IMG/VR virus record: IMGVR_UViG_3300009155_000060
Source: an uncultured virus (IMG/VR IMGVR_UViG_3300009155_000060)
Taxonomy: Duplodnaviria; Heunggongvirae; Uroviricota; Caudoviricetes
Strand: one strand, 5' to 3'
DNA length: 64,000 nucleotides
Below, in pieces: positions 37,546 to 47,831 of this stretch (the stretch's first letter is position 1; every line of letters begins with the position of its first letter). Made by a program: the position numbers and the translations under genes. Under the pieces are notes generated by a model that saw only the letters and a program-made list of their open reading frames with translations, was not told where the DNA came from and did not search any database.

Positions 37546-37962
37546 ATCTAATAACAGTTCCAGTTTAGCTCTAATAATTTTATTGGTAAAACTGTTTTTT
37601 ACGCCCTGGTGTAAGGGTCTCGGCCAGTTGTCATATTCGCACCAGGCATATCCTGAATGTTCTTGGTTTAGAACAGGAATAAATTCATTGTCTACCAACA
37701 GTACATATGTATTGTACTGAAACTTTTGATCGTTGCTAACAAACAGTTCCAAAGGAATAACTTTTTTTATCTGTGGACTAGGACCAATTTCTTCTTCAAT
37801 TTCTCTTTTCAGTGTATCAAAAGGAGTTGTGTCTGATGGTTCTTTTTTGCCTCCTACAAAACCCCAACATCCTGCGGTTTTACTATGAGCTCTAAGCATC
37901 AATAAAAATCGATGTGTATCTGCGGCTAAAAATAATCCACCACTACAGATAATTTGATTCAC
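37537..37962 (-). CDS. NUDIX hydrolase
   Basis: Nudix box GGKKEPSDTTPFDTLKREIEEEIG and EHSGYAW. Probable GTG start overlaps the gp15 stop. Confidence 0.88.
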   Translation of the reverse strand: MNQIICSGGLFLAADTHRFLLMLRAHSKTAGCWGFVGGKKEPSDTTPFDTLKREIEEEIGPSPQIKKVIPLELFVSNDQKFQYNTYVLLVDNEFIPVLNQEHSGYAWCEYDNWPRPLHQGVKNSFTNKIIRAKLELLLDLV

Positions 37963-39368
37963 AGTACCAAACGCCATAGTTTATTGTTATAAACTCCTTC
38001 GTAACTTTTGCTCCAATCACCGCTCTTCCACTGATACTGAATACCTGTAAAAGAGTTAGTGACATAGACAATGTCTGTAGAATTTTGAGAATCGAATACC
38101 ACTGACCATTTTGCTCCGTCCCATTCTATAATATCATTGGCATGTGCCTGAAAATCGCTAAAGTCAGAATTTTTCCAAGCAACTGGTCCTGAAAACCCTG
38201 CTGTTCCATACATACTATTGTTATTAATATCTTCTAATATAAGGTATCTAGTCCCCGAGGTCACTGATGCCGGATTAAAAGTTTGAGGATTTACAATAGC
38301 ATCAATTGTGCCGCGACCTGCAATAACGGTATTGGTAGGTATGGTATCAGGATCAACAACTAATATCATAGAGTAGTCATCAATAGGATTTAAACTAACA
38401 TAGGCTACTGTCTCGGTACCAGTCGCTTGACTAAACCTCAATTGACTTAGTCCTGCTCTAAATTTACCAGGATACAGATCTAAAATCTTATGCCACGAAT
38501 TAGAATTTCTCGGATCGGTTAGATCTATATCGTCGCCTTGTGAATTATGATGCACTAATCTAGCCATACTGTTATAGACCAGTAGATCATAATTTCCAGG
38601 AGTGACAATAACTTCTTGATCCGGACTGATATTATTAAAGATTTCTGTAGCACCAGTCTTACCATATACCGATTGAATAGTTCCCTGAGCACCGGTAGCA
38701 AATATATTACTGATAATTTTGGTAATGATGCCTAGTTTTCTAACCTTAGCCGGTGGAGTAATCCATACTGGTGCGGTAAACACCATAGTCAGCACATCAA
38801 TGTCTTCGTTGATACCTTGCGGAACCGTGCGACTACTCCATGTTTGATTTTCTAAATGCAACACACTCAAACTGGTCCAATCAATATAATTATCGGTGGT
38901 TTGAATTTCAAAACTGGGATTGAAAAATACCACAATCTGTTCCCATATTTGCAGTTTTTGATCTACGCTGGTACTCCATATATCGGCTGCTAGCGTTATC
39001 AAATAGGGACTGGGCATGATTCTTTCTACAGTATAATTACTTCCCTGGGCATTTAAATATGAGGGATTCTCGGGATCTTCGGTGTTTAATTCTCTTTCAC
39101 GAATTTGAATTTTGCTGACAAATGTAGGATCCTGCATTCTAGGACGATCAAATTGTAGATCTTTGATATAGCAAGCAATGAACGGGGCATTAGGTATAGC
39201 ATTTTCTGAATTCTTCTTCAGGATCTGTGCAGACTGGCGAGAAATATCTCCGTACCTTACAGGGACCTGTATAATGTTACCTTTGCCATCTTTGTAGGCA
39301 AAGTTACTCAATATATTAATAAATTGTGTCAAATATCTGCGTACTTGACCGTCGTAAAAATAGTCCAT
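37959..39368 (-). CDS. gp15: Tail sheath stabiliser/terminator with a C-terminal extension
   Basis: YFYDGQVRRYLTQF, VPVRYG, MPSPY and QIWEQIVVFFNPSF resemble the gp15 family. Confidence 0.75.
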   Translation of the reverse strand: MDYFYDGQVRRYLTQFINILSNFAYKDGKGNIIQVPVRYGDISRQSAQILKKNSENAIPNAPFIACYIKDLQFDRPRMQDPTFVSKIQIRERELNTEDPENPSYLNAQGSNYTVERIMPSPYLITLAADIWSTSVDQKLQIWEQIVVFFNPSFEIQTTDNYIDWTSLSVLHLENQTWSSRTVPQGINEDIDVLTMVFTAPVWITPPAKVRKLGIITKIISNIFATGAQGTIQSVYGKTGATEIFNNISPDQEVIVTPGNYDLLVYNSMARLVHHNSQGDDIDLTDPRNSNSWHKILDLYPGKFRAGLSQLRFSQATGTETVAYVSLNPIDDYSMILVVDPDTIPTNTVIAGRGTIDAIVNPQTFNPASVTSGTRYLILEDINNNSMYGTAGFSGPVAWKNSDFSDFQAHANDIIEWDGAKWSVVFDSQNSTDIVYVTNSFTGIQYQWKSGDWSKSYEGVYNNKLWRLVL

Positions 39369-39388
39369 TTTAAGCTAAAGCCTTCCTG

Positions 39389-40579
39389 TTAAACATCTGC
39401 TTTTGGTTTGAGAGCCTTACTCAGTGACTGCCGCTCTATGACCACTTCTCCTGCAATAGTAGCGGTGTTAATATTATTAACAAATCCTGCTTTTAGTTTC
39501 CTCCTAATTAGATCTTGATCTGTAGTCTGCGTTTCTCCCAATGTGCTAATAGTCATTCTGACATTGTCTTCAAACCTGATCCAATGTGTGCCATCGTATC
39601 TAAACATTCTATTAGGCAAATAATCTGTTCTTAAAAAATATTGTCCCACAGCACCACTACTAGGAAAACTTATACCAAAATCATAGGGAGCACCGTTGGG
39701 AGGAACCCCGTCACCTGTTAACCAACCTACATAATAGTTTTTATTGGGACTAGTTAAGACAGCACTAGCACTAAGGCCGGTACTACTGACAAGCGTTGCT
39801 GTACTACTAACGTCTTCTGGTAATGCAAGTCCAGTGGCTAGGTCTTTAGGAACAATGAATAAATGTCTAGTTTCGTATCCGCTCTTGGGCACATCTTCCT
39901 CCGCCTGTAAAATAACCTGATTGTTAATCTCTATACTTCTCTCATAGTCTGACAACAGATCTTTTAAGGTAGTGCCATCGCCTGCACCAGCATCCTGTTC
40001 TAGTATCTCACGGAATTCTTGACGATCTACCATCGGTTGACATTTGGCTCTAACCAGATGTGGATACCAAGTCTGACTATATCCAGATGCAGGTCTAGTA
40101 ACTTCTTGCACTACATAAAATCTTTTTAATGCTACTAGATTATCATCCAAGGCAAATTCATCTTTCTGATGAGGTAATTCTAGCACATCACCTGCCATTA
40201 TTTTTCTACCTAATGCATCAAAACTGCTTCTCAAGTGAAAAGTAATCATTACATTGTCATTTTGTAGGAAGATCCCAAACTGACTTAGATTGAAATCAAT
40301 ATCCTGCAGGGTATATATGCCTCTAATAGTATATACATCTGGTTCATAATGTCGATCTCTGTTTTCCATCAACAACAGATCTTGAATACCTAGTTCAGGA
40401 ATATCATTAGTGTTGTTGGGTTGGGCAGGAGTACTTTCTCCTTCTGCAGGATTAATTGGTCCTAGATACTTATGAACATGGATATCAGTACCGCCAACCT
40501 GGAACTGTTCATTGATTACCTTATCAAGAAATTTGAAATCGTGACCTTTTTCTGAACGGTATAAACTGAGTCTCGGCAT
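39389..40579 (-). CDS. gp14: Neck/head-closure protein, gp14-like
   Basis: LSQFGIFLQND and GRKIMAGDVLELP resemble gp14; lies between gp13 and gp15. Start set at ATG 40579, after TATAAATA-N5 on the minus strand. Confidence 0.65.
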   Translation of the reverse strand: MPRLSLYRSEKGHDFKFLDKVINEQFQVGGTDIHVHKYLGPINPAEGESTPAQPNNTNDIPELGIQDLLLMENRDRHYEPDVYTIRGIYTLQDIDFNLSQFGIFLQNDNVMITFHLRSSFDALGRKIMAGDVLELPHQKDEFALDDNLVALKRFYVVQEVTRPASGYSQTWYPHLVRAKCQPMVDRQEFREILEQDAGAGDGTTLKDLLSDYERSIEINNQVILQAEEDVPKSGYETRHLFIVPKDLATGLALPEDVSSTATLVSSTGLSASAVLTSPNKNYYVGWLTGDGVPPNGAPYDFGISFPSSGAVGQYFLRTDYLPNRMFRYDGTHWIRFEDNVRMTISTLGETQTTDQDLIRRKLKAGFVNNINTATIAGEVVIERQSLSKALKPKADV

Positions 40580-40606
40580 AGTCTTATTTATAGGATAAAT
40601 ATCTGC
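40580..40606. promoter_or_regulatory. Back-to-back divergent late promoters
   Basis: TATTTA(TA) at 40585-40592 (minus) and TAAATA at 40596-40601 (plus); each is 5 nt from an ATG. Confidence 0.8.
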
Positions 40607-41365
40607 ATGACTGATACTGACATCGAAAGACAACTAGTAGTTGATTATATCCAGGCCATGCTAGGCGGAGGAATGATCGACGTCGAATTAGACCCTATCC
40701 ATTACAACACTGCCATAGATCGTGCATTGGCCAAATTTCGACAACGCAGCAGTAACAGCGTTGAGGAAAGCTACGCATTTTTAACAATCCAGGTTGATGT
40801 CAATGAATATGCTATGCCATCAGAAGTAATGGATGTTCGACAGATATTTAGACGCAGCATTGGTTCTAGGTCAGGCGGTGGAGGCGGTGGCACGTTATTT
40901 GAACCGTTTAACCTAGCCTACTCCAATACCTATTTGCTGACCGCAACAAATATGGGGGGACTAGCTACCTATTATGCATTTGCCAGCTATCAAAAACAGG
41001 TAGGTAAAATGTTTGGAAGTGAGATTAATTTTACTTTCAATAGAACTACAAAAAAACTGACCATAATGCAGCGTCCCAGAAGTGAAGAAGAAGTATTGAT
41101 TTGGCTCTACAATCACAGACCAGATTTTAATATGCTGCAAGATCCTTTTGCTCGTCAATGGCTTAGAGACTATGCCCTAGCAACCTGCAAAATCATGCTA
41201 GGAGAAGCCCGTGAGAAATTTAATCAAATCGCCAGTCCGCAAGGCGGCACAAGCCTAAACGGAACTGCATTAAAAACAGAAGGTAAAGCCGAAATAGAAA
41301 CACTTGAACTAGATCTAATCAACTATAAAGACGGTGGGACTCCGCTGACCTGGGTAATTGGCTAA
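40607..41365 (+). CDS. gp13: Neck protein
   Basis: LGGGMIDVELD, WLRDYALA..K..LGE...KF and PQGGTSLNG motifs of the gp13 family. Confidence 0.85.
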   Translation: MTDTDIERQLVVDYIQAMLGGGMIDVELDPIHYNTAIDRALAKFRQRSSNSVEESYAFLTIQVDVNEYAMPSEVMDVRQIFRRSIGSRSGGGGGGTLFEPFNLAYSNTYLLTATNMGGLATYYAFASYQKQVGKMFGSEINFTFNRTTKKLTIMQRPRSEEEVLIWLYNHRPDFNMLQDPFARQWLRDYALATCKIMLGEAREKFNQIASPQGGTSLNGTALKTEGKAEIETLELDLINYKDGGTPLTWVIG

Positions 41366-41372
41366 ATTGAGA

Positions 41373-41401
41373 TTGTTTTTTTAATTAGATTGTAATACAA
41401 T
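41373..41401 (+). promoter_or_regulatory. Possible sigma70-type promoter for the dNMP kinase gene
   Basis: TTGTTT-N17-TACAAT followed by SD TAAGGAG; region is AT-rich, so a chance match is possible. Confidence 0.45.
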
Positions 41402-41424
41402 ATTCTTATCTTAAGGAGTGATGT

Positions 41425-42090
41425 ATGATTATCGGTTTCTGTGGGTTCATTGGCAGCGGCAAAGACACAGCAGCAGATTATTTGGTTAACCTTCATGGAT
41501 TTCGACGAGACAGTTTTGCAAATACACTTAAAGATGCAGTCTCCGCAGTGTTTGGATGGGATAGAACACTGATCGAAGGACGTACAACAGAAGCACGAGA
41601 ATGGCGAGAACAGGTTGACTCATGGTGGGCCGATCGATTAGGACTGCCATCTTTAACTCCTAGGTGGGTATTACAGCATTGGGGCACCGAAGTATGCCGT
41701 CAGGGATTTCACGACGATATTTGGATTGCCAGTTTAGAAAATAAAATGCGTAAAACTCGAGACAGCATTGTTATCAGTGACGTTCGCTTTCCTAATGAAA
41801 TAGCTGCCATTCATAATGCCGGCGGCATTGTGGTAAGAATTAAAAGAGGACCAGAACCAGAATGGTACGACGATGCTCTGGCATTTAATCAAGGAATACG
41901 AAATATGCTTTGGGCCAGCAGCAGACGAAAACTAGAGCAGCTAGAAATTCATTCAAGCGAAATTTCTTGGGTCGGTGGCGAAATAGATCATACTATTAAT
42001 AATGACAGCACTGTAGATCATCTGTTTTCTCAACTAGAAACCATCATTAAAAATCAGGGGTTAGATCACCTTGACGCCAAGGCAGCTTGA
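41425..42090 (+). CDS. Deoxynucleoside monophosphate kinase (T4 gp1-like)
   Basis: GFIGSGKDT P-loop, FANTLKD, PRWVLQHWGTEVCR, ISDVRFPNE and HSSE. Confidence 0.9.
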   Translation: MIIGFCGFIGSGKDTAADYLVNLHGFRRDSFANTLKDAVSAVFGWDRTLIEGRTTEAREWREQVDSWWADRLGLPSLTPRWVLQHWGTEVCRQGFHDDIWIASLENKMRKTRDSIVISDVRFPNEIAAIHNAGGIVVRIKRGPEPEWYDDALAFNQGIRNMLWASSRRKLEQLEIHSSEISWVGGEIDHTINNDSTVDHLFSQLETIIKNQGLDHLDAKAA

Positions 42091-42382
42091 GCCTGTCTAA
42101 TACTCGCTGGCAATTAGCACATACTGTTTTTAAGTTCGAGAATCTACAGTTTTTAGGGTCTCCGTCTATGTGGAACACATTGAACTGTTCCTGATACCGA
42201 GAATTAAATCCGCATCGATCACATGCGGGTTTTTTCTTATAACCCGCACGAGACCATAAAGGTATACCTTCTTTTCTGTTCCTTGTACAATGATCGCATT
42301 GTGACCTATAAAAAACACGATCGTTTTTGTGATAATTGATAGCTACTGGCCTTTGCTGGCATTTCTTACATAATCGCCTCAT
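42047..42382 (-). CDS. Small Zn-finger/HNH-like protein
   Basis: Several CxxC pairs and VFHIDGDPKNCRFSNLKTVCANCQ (HNH-like, last His replaced by Gln). Confidence 0.75.
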   Translation of the reverse strand: MRRLCKKCQQRPVAINYHKNDRVFYRSQCDHCTRNRKEGIPLWSRAGYKKKPACDRCGFNSRYQEQFNVFHIDGDPKNCRFSNLKTVCANCQRVLDRLKLPWRQGDLTPDF

Positions 42383-42483
42383 AGTTAAGCCCTTTTCGTG
42401 CCCTTTTCATATGTATTTAACCAGGAGATTTTTGTCTCTAGTGGCTAAATAATCGAAAGTAATCCATTTGGGAGATCTATATA

Positions 42484-45450
42484 ATGGCCACACTGAATTC
42501 ACCAGGCGTAAGCGTAACAGTCATAGACGAAAGCTTCTATACCCCTTCAGCTCCGGGCACTAGCCCTATGATTTTTATTGCGTCTGCACAAGACAAAACT
42601 AACCCTAGCGGCACTGTTGCCGCAGGCACAACCTCAGCAAATGCTGGAAAAGTTTGGTTAATCACAAGCCAACGAGACTTAACAGACACTTTTGGAACTC
42701 CTTTATTTTATACAGATTCTAGCGGCAATCCTTTGCATGCTAACGAACTAAACGAATACGGACTTCAAGCCGCTTACAGCAGCTTAGGAGTCAGTTCACG
42801 TTCATATGTAGTCAGAGCAGATCTTGATCTAGCACAACTTGCTCCACAAAGCAGTGCTCCTGAAGGAGATCCAGTCTCCGGTACTTATTGGGTTGACACA
42901 GCAGGTAGTGTGTTTGGTATCAAAGAATGGAATACTTCTACACAGAAATTTACAGTTAAAACACCAATTGTTCTTGATGACACTTCGTCAGGTAACAGCT
43001 TTAATGGAGTGGCACCCGACACCAGCATTGGCCAAATTGGAGACTACTGCATGGTTGTCACGAACGACAACAACAATAAGCTCTACTATAAAACCACAAG
43101 CAATGTATGGACAGGTGTAGTTAATGGGTTTAACGGCGGCAAGTTCTTACAAATTAGCCCGCATTATACATATCCTATTTACAACGCCAGTACAGCAACC
43201 GGTAGTGTTTGGGTTACCAGTACTACTCCTTCTAATGGTGCAAATTGGACTATCAAATACTGGAACGGTACTACTATGAGCTGGAGTAAAATTACTGCTC
43301 CTATCTATAATAATGTTCAGACAGCAACATATACATTAGATTCAACAGGCGGTGGTAAAAATATCACAGTTGGTACATTGTTTATCGACAGCAACTATGA
43401 TGATTCAACGACTGAAACTGCCAACTTCAAAATTTGGAGAAGAAACAAAGCTGGTACAACATCAGTAGTTACTGAGGGTGTGACTACATATGCCAGCAAC
43501 GGAACCACATACACCTTTGACATTGCAGAAAGCAGAGCCAATCGTGCTTCCTGGACTGCATCTACTACTATTAGAGTAACAGCCACCAATGCTACTACTA
43601 TTTTAGGATCGTTACTTCCGAGTGCAATTAGTGCTGCTGCTACTTTAACTAATGTTACTGCCAGCTTTAGCACAGCATCTGGGATTTTAACATTGAATCA
43701 TAAACTAGGCGGTGATATCAAAATTACTGCTATCAGTACAGTTACGCAAGAGCTGTTAGGAATTACACCTTACAGTATGAACACACTGATGGGAACAGCT
43801 AACGTCTATACATTTACCAGCAATACAACTACAGATCTGTTGGTTACTAATTGGAAACCTTTAGCCTACGAGGCTCGACCAGATGCTCCTTATACTGATC
43901 CAGCAGATGGTACTTTATGGTACAGCAACGTAGTAGATCAAATTGACATTCTTTATAATTCTGGTACCTATTGGGTAAGTTATGCTAGTGCTTTCCCAGC
44001 ATCTGACACAAATGGTCCTATTGTGATGGCAACAGAGCCTACTGAACAAAGCGACGGGAATCCTTTAGTAACAGGCGACATTTGGGTCGACACCAGTGAC
44101 TTAGAAATGTATGGTCAAAACATCTATGTCTATGATTCCACTCAAACTACCGGTAATAAATGGGTCCTACAAGATACAACCGATCAATCAAGCCCAACTG
44201 GATGGTTATTTGCTGATGCTAGATACGCCACAACCGGTACTACATTAACTGCTAGTTCAATATCCGATCTAAGATCCAGCAATTATGTTGATCCAGATAC
44301 ACCTGATCCATTGCTGTATCCAAAAGGCATGAGACTATGGAACACTCGCAGAAGCGGATTTAATGTCAAGAAATATGTCACAGGATATATTGATATCACT
44401 GCCAATAGCGGATATAATGTTAGAAATGGAGAATCTATGTCTAACTATGCTGTCGATCGTTGGGTCTCTCAATACCCAACAGACGACACAGGTGCTGGAG
44501 TATTTGGAAGAAAGGCACAGCGTCAGGTAGTAGTAAAAGCTCTAAAAACATTAGTTGACACCAGTGTTGCGGCAAGAGATACAGACACATTGAATTTTAA
44601 CCTAATTCTATGTCCTGGGTATCCAGAGCTTATTTCCAACATGGTCAACTTTAATACCGACAGAGGAATCACCGGATTTGTTATTGGTGATACTCCGTTT
44701 AGATTGACCCCAACTGGAACAGCACTCAGCAACTACGGAAATAATACCGCAGTGGCTCTCGACAATGGAGAAGCAGGGGCAGTATCCTATGATGAATACA
44801 TGGCCATGTATTACCCTAGTGGATATACCACTGACAATACTGGAAATAACATTGTTGTTCCTCCAAGTCACATGATGTTGAGAACCTTTATCAACAGCGA
44901 TGCAAAGAGCTATCCATGGTTTGCACCAGCTGGTACTCGCAGAGGAACAGTTGATAATGCTACCAGCGTAGGATACATTACTGCCGAAGGAGAATTTAAG
45001 ACATCCTCAGTTCCCCAGGCTCTCCGTGATGTGTTAGACGACGTTAAGATCAATCCTATTTCAAGTTTAACTGGAATTGGTCTAATAGCATACGGTCAGC
45101 GTACTCGTGCTAAAAATGCCAGCAGTCTAGACAGAATCAATGTTGCAAGACTGGTAGCATATCTACGTAGACAACTAGATATTTTAGCAAGACCGTTCTT
45201 GTTCGAACCTAATGATGCACAAACACGTAGAGAAATCAAAGCGGCAGCTGAGAGTCTGTTACTTGAGTTGTTGGGCCAACGTGCTCTTTATGACTTCATT
45301 GTGGTCTGTGATGAAACCAACAACACTCCTGCAAGAATTGACAGAAGTGAACTTTATATGGATATTGCCATCGAGCCAGTTAAAGCAGTTGAATTCATCT
45401 ATATTCCATTGCGATTGAAGAATAAAGGCGACATCGCAGCCGGACTTTAA
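42484..45450 (+). CDS. gp18: Tail sheath protein with large insertions
   Basis: SPGVSVTVIDES start; YPWFAPAG.RRG, LDRINVARL, FLFEPND and CDETNNTP..ID...P.KAVEFIYI. Confidence 0.95.
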   Translation: MATLNSPGVSVTVIDESFYTPSAPGTSPMIFIASAQDKTNPSGTVAAGTTSANAGKVWLITSQRDLTDTFGTPLFYTDSSGNPLHANELNEYGLQAAYSSLGVSSRSYVVRADLDLAQLAPQSSAPEGDPVSGTYWVDTAGSVFGIKEWNTSTQKFTVKTPIVLDDTSSGNSFNGVAPDTSIGQIGDYCMVVTNDNNNKLYYKTTSNVWTGVVNGFNGGKFLQISPHYTYPIYNASTATGSVWVTSTTPSNGANWTIKYWNGTTMSWSKITAPIYNNVQTATYTLDSTGGGKNITVGTLFIDSNYDDSTTETANFKIWRRNKAGTTSVVTEGVTTYASNGTTYTFDIAESRANRASWTASTTIRVTATNATTILGSLLPSAISAAATLTNVTASFSTASGILTLNHKLGGDIKITAISTVTQELLGITPYSMNTLMGTANVYTFTSNTTTDLLVTNWKPLAYEARPDAPYTDPADGTLWYSNVVDQIDILYNSGTYWVSYASAFPASDTNGPIVMATEPTEQSDGNPLVTGDIWVDTSDLEMYGQNIYVYDSTQTTGNKWVLQDTTDQSSPTGWLFADARYATTGTTLTASSISDLRSSNYVDPDTPDPLLYPKGMRLWNTRRSGFNVKKYVTGYIDITANSGYNVRNGESMSNYAVDRWVSQYPTDDTGAGVFGRKAQRQVVVKALKTLVDTSVAARDTDTLNFNLILCPGYPELISNMVNFNTDRGITGFVIGDTPFRLTPTGTALSNYGNNTAVALDNGEAGAVSYDEYMAMYYPSGYTTDNTGNNIVVPPSHMMLRTFINSDAKSYPWFAPAGTRRGTVDNATSVGYITAEGEFKTSSVPQALRDVLDDVKINPISSLTGIGLIAYGQRTRAKNASSLDRINVARLVAYLRRQLDILARPFLFEPNDAQTRREIKAAAESLLLELLGQRALYDFIVVCDETNNTPARIDRSELYMDIAIEPVKAVEFIYIPLRLKNKGDIAAGL

Positions 45451-45482
45451 TAGGTAAATAAAAAAGATTAAGGAGCATTTCA

Positions 45483-46133
45483 ATGCCAATTGCAAGTTTA
45501 AAGAATTTTACAGTACCCATTGCCGGAAGTCAAGCAAGCTCTACACAGGGCTTGTTGATGCCAAAATTAAAGTATCGCTTTCGCGTTACTTTAGACGGAT
45601 TTGGTGTTGCTGGAGCACCTACTACAGAATTAACCAAGCAGGTAATGAATGCTACTAGACCTGACGTAAGTTTTGAAGAAATTAAACTGCCTGTTTACAA
45701 CAGCACAGTGAAAATTCTAGGTAAGCACAATTTTGCTGATGCTAAGTTAACCGTTAGAGATGATGCCAGTGGAGTAGTAAGTAGAAAAATCGGAGAGCAG
45801 ATGCAGAAGCAATTTGATTTTTTCGAGCAATCCGGTGCCCAATCTGGTATTGATTACAAATTCAGAATGCGTGTCGAAATCCTAGACGGCGGAAACGGTG
45901 GATTTGAGCCAGTGACTCTTGAAAGTTTTGAGTTTTTAGGTTGCTTTATCAAGCAGGCCACATATGCTCAAGGCGACTACAACAGCAACGAAGTAATGGA
46001 TATTGCTCTAAGTATTACGTACGACAATGCTATCCAACTAGAAGCCCCTGGCGGAGCAGCCAGCGGTATTGGTGTAAATGTTGGAAGAATTGTACGTCCT
46101 GCAAACGCACAAGGCCTAACAACTGGCGGTTAA
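45483..46133 (+). CDS. gp19: Tail tube protein
   Basis: Follows the sheath gene; PKLKYRFRV...LSITYDNA tube pattern; TAAATA and SD AAGGAG upstream. Confidence 0.85.
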   Translation: MPIASLKNFTVPIAGSQASSTQGLLMPKLKYRFRVTLDGFGVAGAPTTELTKQVMNATRPDVSFEEIKLPVYNSTVKILGKHNFADAKLTVRDDASGVVSRKIGEQMQKQFDFFEQSGAQSGIDYKFRMRVEILDGGNGGFEPVTLESFEFLGCFIKQATYAQGDYNSNEVMDIALSITYDNAIQLEAPGGAASGIGVNVGRIVRPANAQGLTTGG

Positions 46134-46150
46134 TAATTAGTTTAACCAGT

Positions 46151-46179
46151 AAAAAGCCCAGTAAAAACCTGGGCTTTTT
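46151..46179. terminator. Intrinsic terminator after the tail tube gene
   Basis: AAAAAGCCCAG-taaaaac-CTGGGCTTTTT. Confidence 0.85.
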
Positions 46180-46197
46180 ATTTGACTAAATATTCGT

Positions 46198-47451
46198 ATG
46201 AGTAAGACCAATAACTATCTATCGTTAGGATATCAGACCAACCTTGATGGAGAAAAATATAATCTCCGCGATTATAGGCATGCTGCCAGACTCTATGCCG
46301 ACGATCATCAGGTCAGAGCACCAAAGTACGGTTTTTTATACTATGTTAAATTCGAAATAAATCAAAAAGCAGTAGTAGGAACGCTGGATAAAAACATAGG
46401 TGTCTATGTTAAAAAAATAGATTTGCCAAAATTTACTGTTCAAACCGAAATGGTAAATCAATATAATAGAAAAACTCAGATTAATACCAAGCTAACTTAT
46501 AGTCCCATTACTATAGATTTTCACGACGATAATGCTGACATAACTAACGACCTTTGGTATTCTTATTATCAAAGTCTAATTGCAGATGGTAATTACAGTG
46601 GCGGAAATACTAATATTCCTAGACAGTTTACTGACACCAAATATGGCCCTACAGATTATGAATATGGTATGTATGATAATCAAGTTCCGGAAAGTTTTAT
46701 TGAAAGAATAGACATCTATATGATGCACCATACACTTCAAGATCATACATTGATCTCTCTAATTAATCCTAAAATATCAGAATGGAGACACGATACTGCC
46801 AGCCAATCAGATAGTACTAAGATGATGCAGAATAGTATGACAGTAGTCTATGAAAATGTATTGTATATTAGAGGGAATGATAATAGTAAGCTAAAGGGAT
46901 TTGTTAACGAATTTTATGATCCTGGACAAAGCCCTATTAAAACAGGAGGGACCGCCGTTAACGATCCTGGGTATAATAAAAATACTGATGTGCGTCCTGG
47001 TAATGCGGCTATATTCGATCAAATACCGGGGTCTGCCTTTTATAGGCCCGGTAATCGTATGCAAGACAACGGGGGTCGACAAAGCTCTAGACAGGTCAAT
47101 AATCCAATGTTTGACACTCGTAGAAACAATCAATATGGAGTAATCAATCCACCAAACACAGTTAATAATCCATTCCTTAGTGTAGCCGGAGTATTGGCCA
47201 AAAACTATCTGCAGAAAAATGGATTAGGTCGAGTTGGTCCTGTGGGATATACCATCGCATCATCTGCACTACAGGCCGCAACTAATAGCGGTGCAGGTAA
47301 GTATTATGATCCTCCCAGCACACAAGCAGTCCCCGGATTATTTCAACTACCTGGAGGTGTAGGAATTAACATCTTTAAAGGACTCAACACCAGTGTTGAC
47401 GGCAAGCTACGTATTAATCCGGCTGCTATAGTTTTTCCATCTAAAAGATAA
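46198..47451 (+). CDS. Tube-like baseplate protein (gp54/gp48-like tube initiator)
   Basis: VKKIDLPKF..NQYNRK...YSPITIDFHDD and LINPKISEW.HD, a tube-fold paralogue pattern. Confidence 0.6.
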   Translation: MSKTNNYLSLGYQTNLDGEKYNLRDYRHAARLYADDHQVRAPKYGFLYYVKFEINQKAVVGTLDKNIGVYVKKIDLPKFTVQTEMVNQYNRKTQINTKLTYSPITIDFHDDNADITNDLWYSYYQSLIADGNYSGGNTNIPRQFTDTKYGPTDYEYGMYDNQVPESFIERIDIYMMHHTLQDHTLISLINPKISEWRHDTASQSDSTKMMQNSMTVVYENVLYIRGNDNSKLKGFVNEFYDPGQSPIKTGGTAVNDPGYNKNTDVRPGNAAIFDQIPGSAFYRPGNRMQDNGGRQSSRQVNNPMFDTRRNNQYGVINPPNTVNNPFLSVAGVLAKNYLQKNGLGRVGPVGYTIASSALQAATNSGAGKYYDPPSTQAVPGLFQLPGGVGINIFKGLNTSVDGKLRINPAAIVFPSKR

Positions 47452-47459
47452 ATCTTATT

Positions 47460-47831
47460 ATGCGTCTAAACTACACCAATTTACCCTTCAATCTCGATAA
47501 CAAAAACAGCACTGTTAATAAATTTGAAAAATATCAAAGCATTCCAATGGGGATAGATCCTGCTATATACGCAGCAACGGTTGGATTTTTTACCAGCAGA
47601 GATTTTGATAATACTGCTGCTGAAATGATCAGCGAAGTTATCATTATGCAGGCAAAACAAGACGGATATAATCCTATGACCATTTTAGATACCTTACGAG
47701 GGCTTGAAGATGTGGATATATCAGGATTAGTGGCTGAAGTACTCAATTATAATAGATTTAAAACTAGCAGTCTCGGATATGCTGCTAAACGTCAAATGAA
47801 TCCGGAGATAGAAAGAAATATAATGGCATGA
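47460..47831 (+). CDS. Hypothetical late protein
   Basis: 123 aa; TAAATC-N5-ATG. Confidence 0.65.
   Translation: MRLNYTNLPFNLDNKNSTVNKFEKYQSIPMGIDPAIYAATVGFFTSRDFDNTAAEMISEVIIMQAKQDGYNPMTILDTLRGLEDVDISGLVAEVLNYNRFKTSSLGYAAKRQMNPEIERNIMA

Noticed and set aside
40580..40633. Longer gp14 start (40633) overlapping gp13; likewise upstream starts at 529, 32780, 36389, 51988, 58130 and 60704
   Set aside because: Downstream ATGs fit the promoter spacing or stop-start coupling and avoid long overlaps.
42047..42382. HNH-like ORF as a mobile homing endonuclease
   Set aside because: It is short, has a degenerate HNH and its own late-type promoter, and shows no insertion context; kept as an ordinary CDS.
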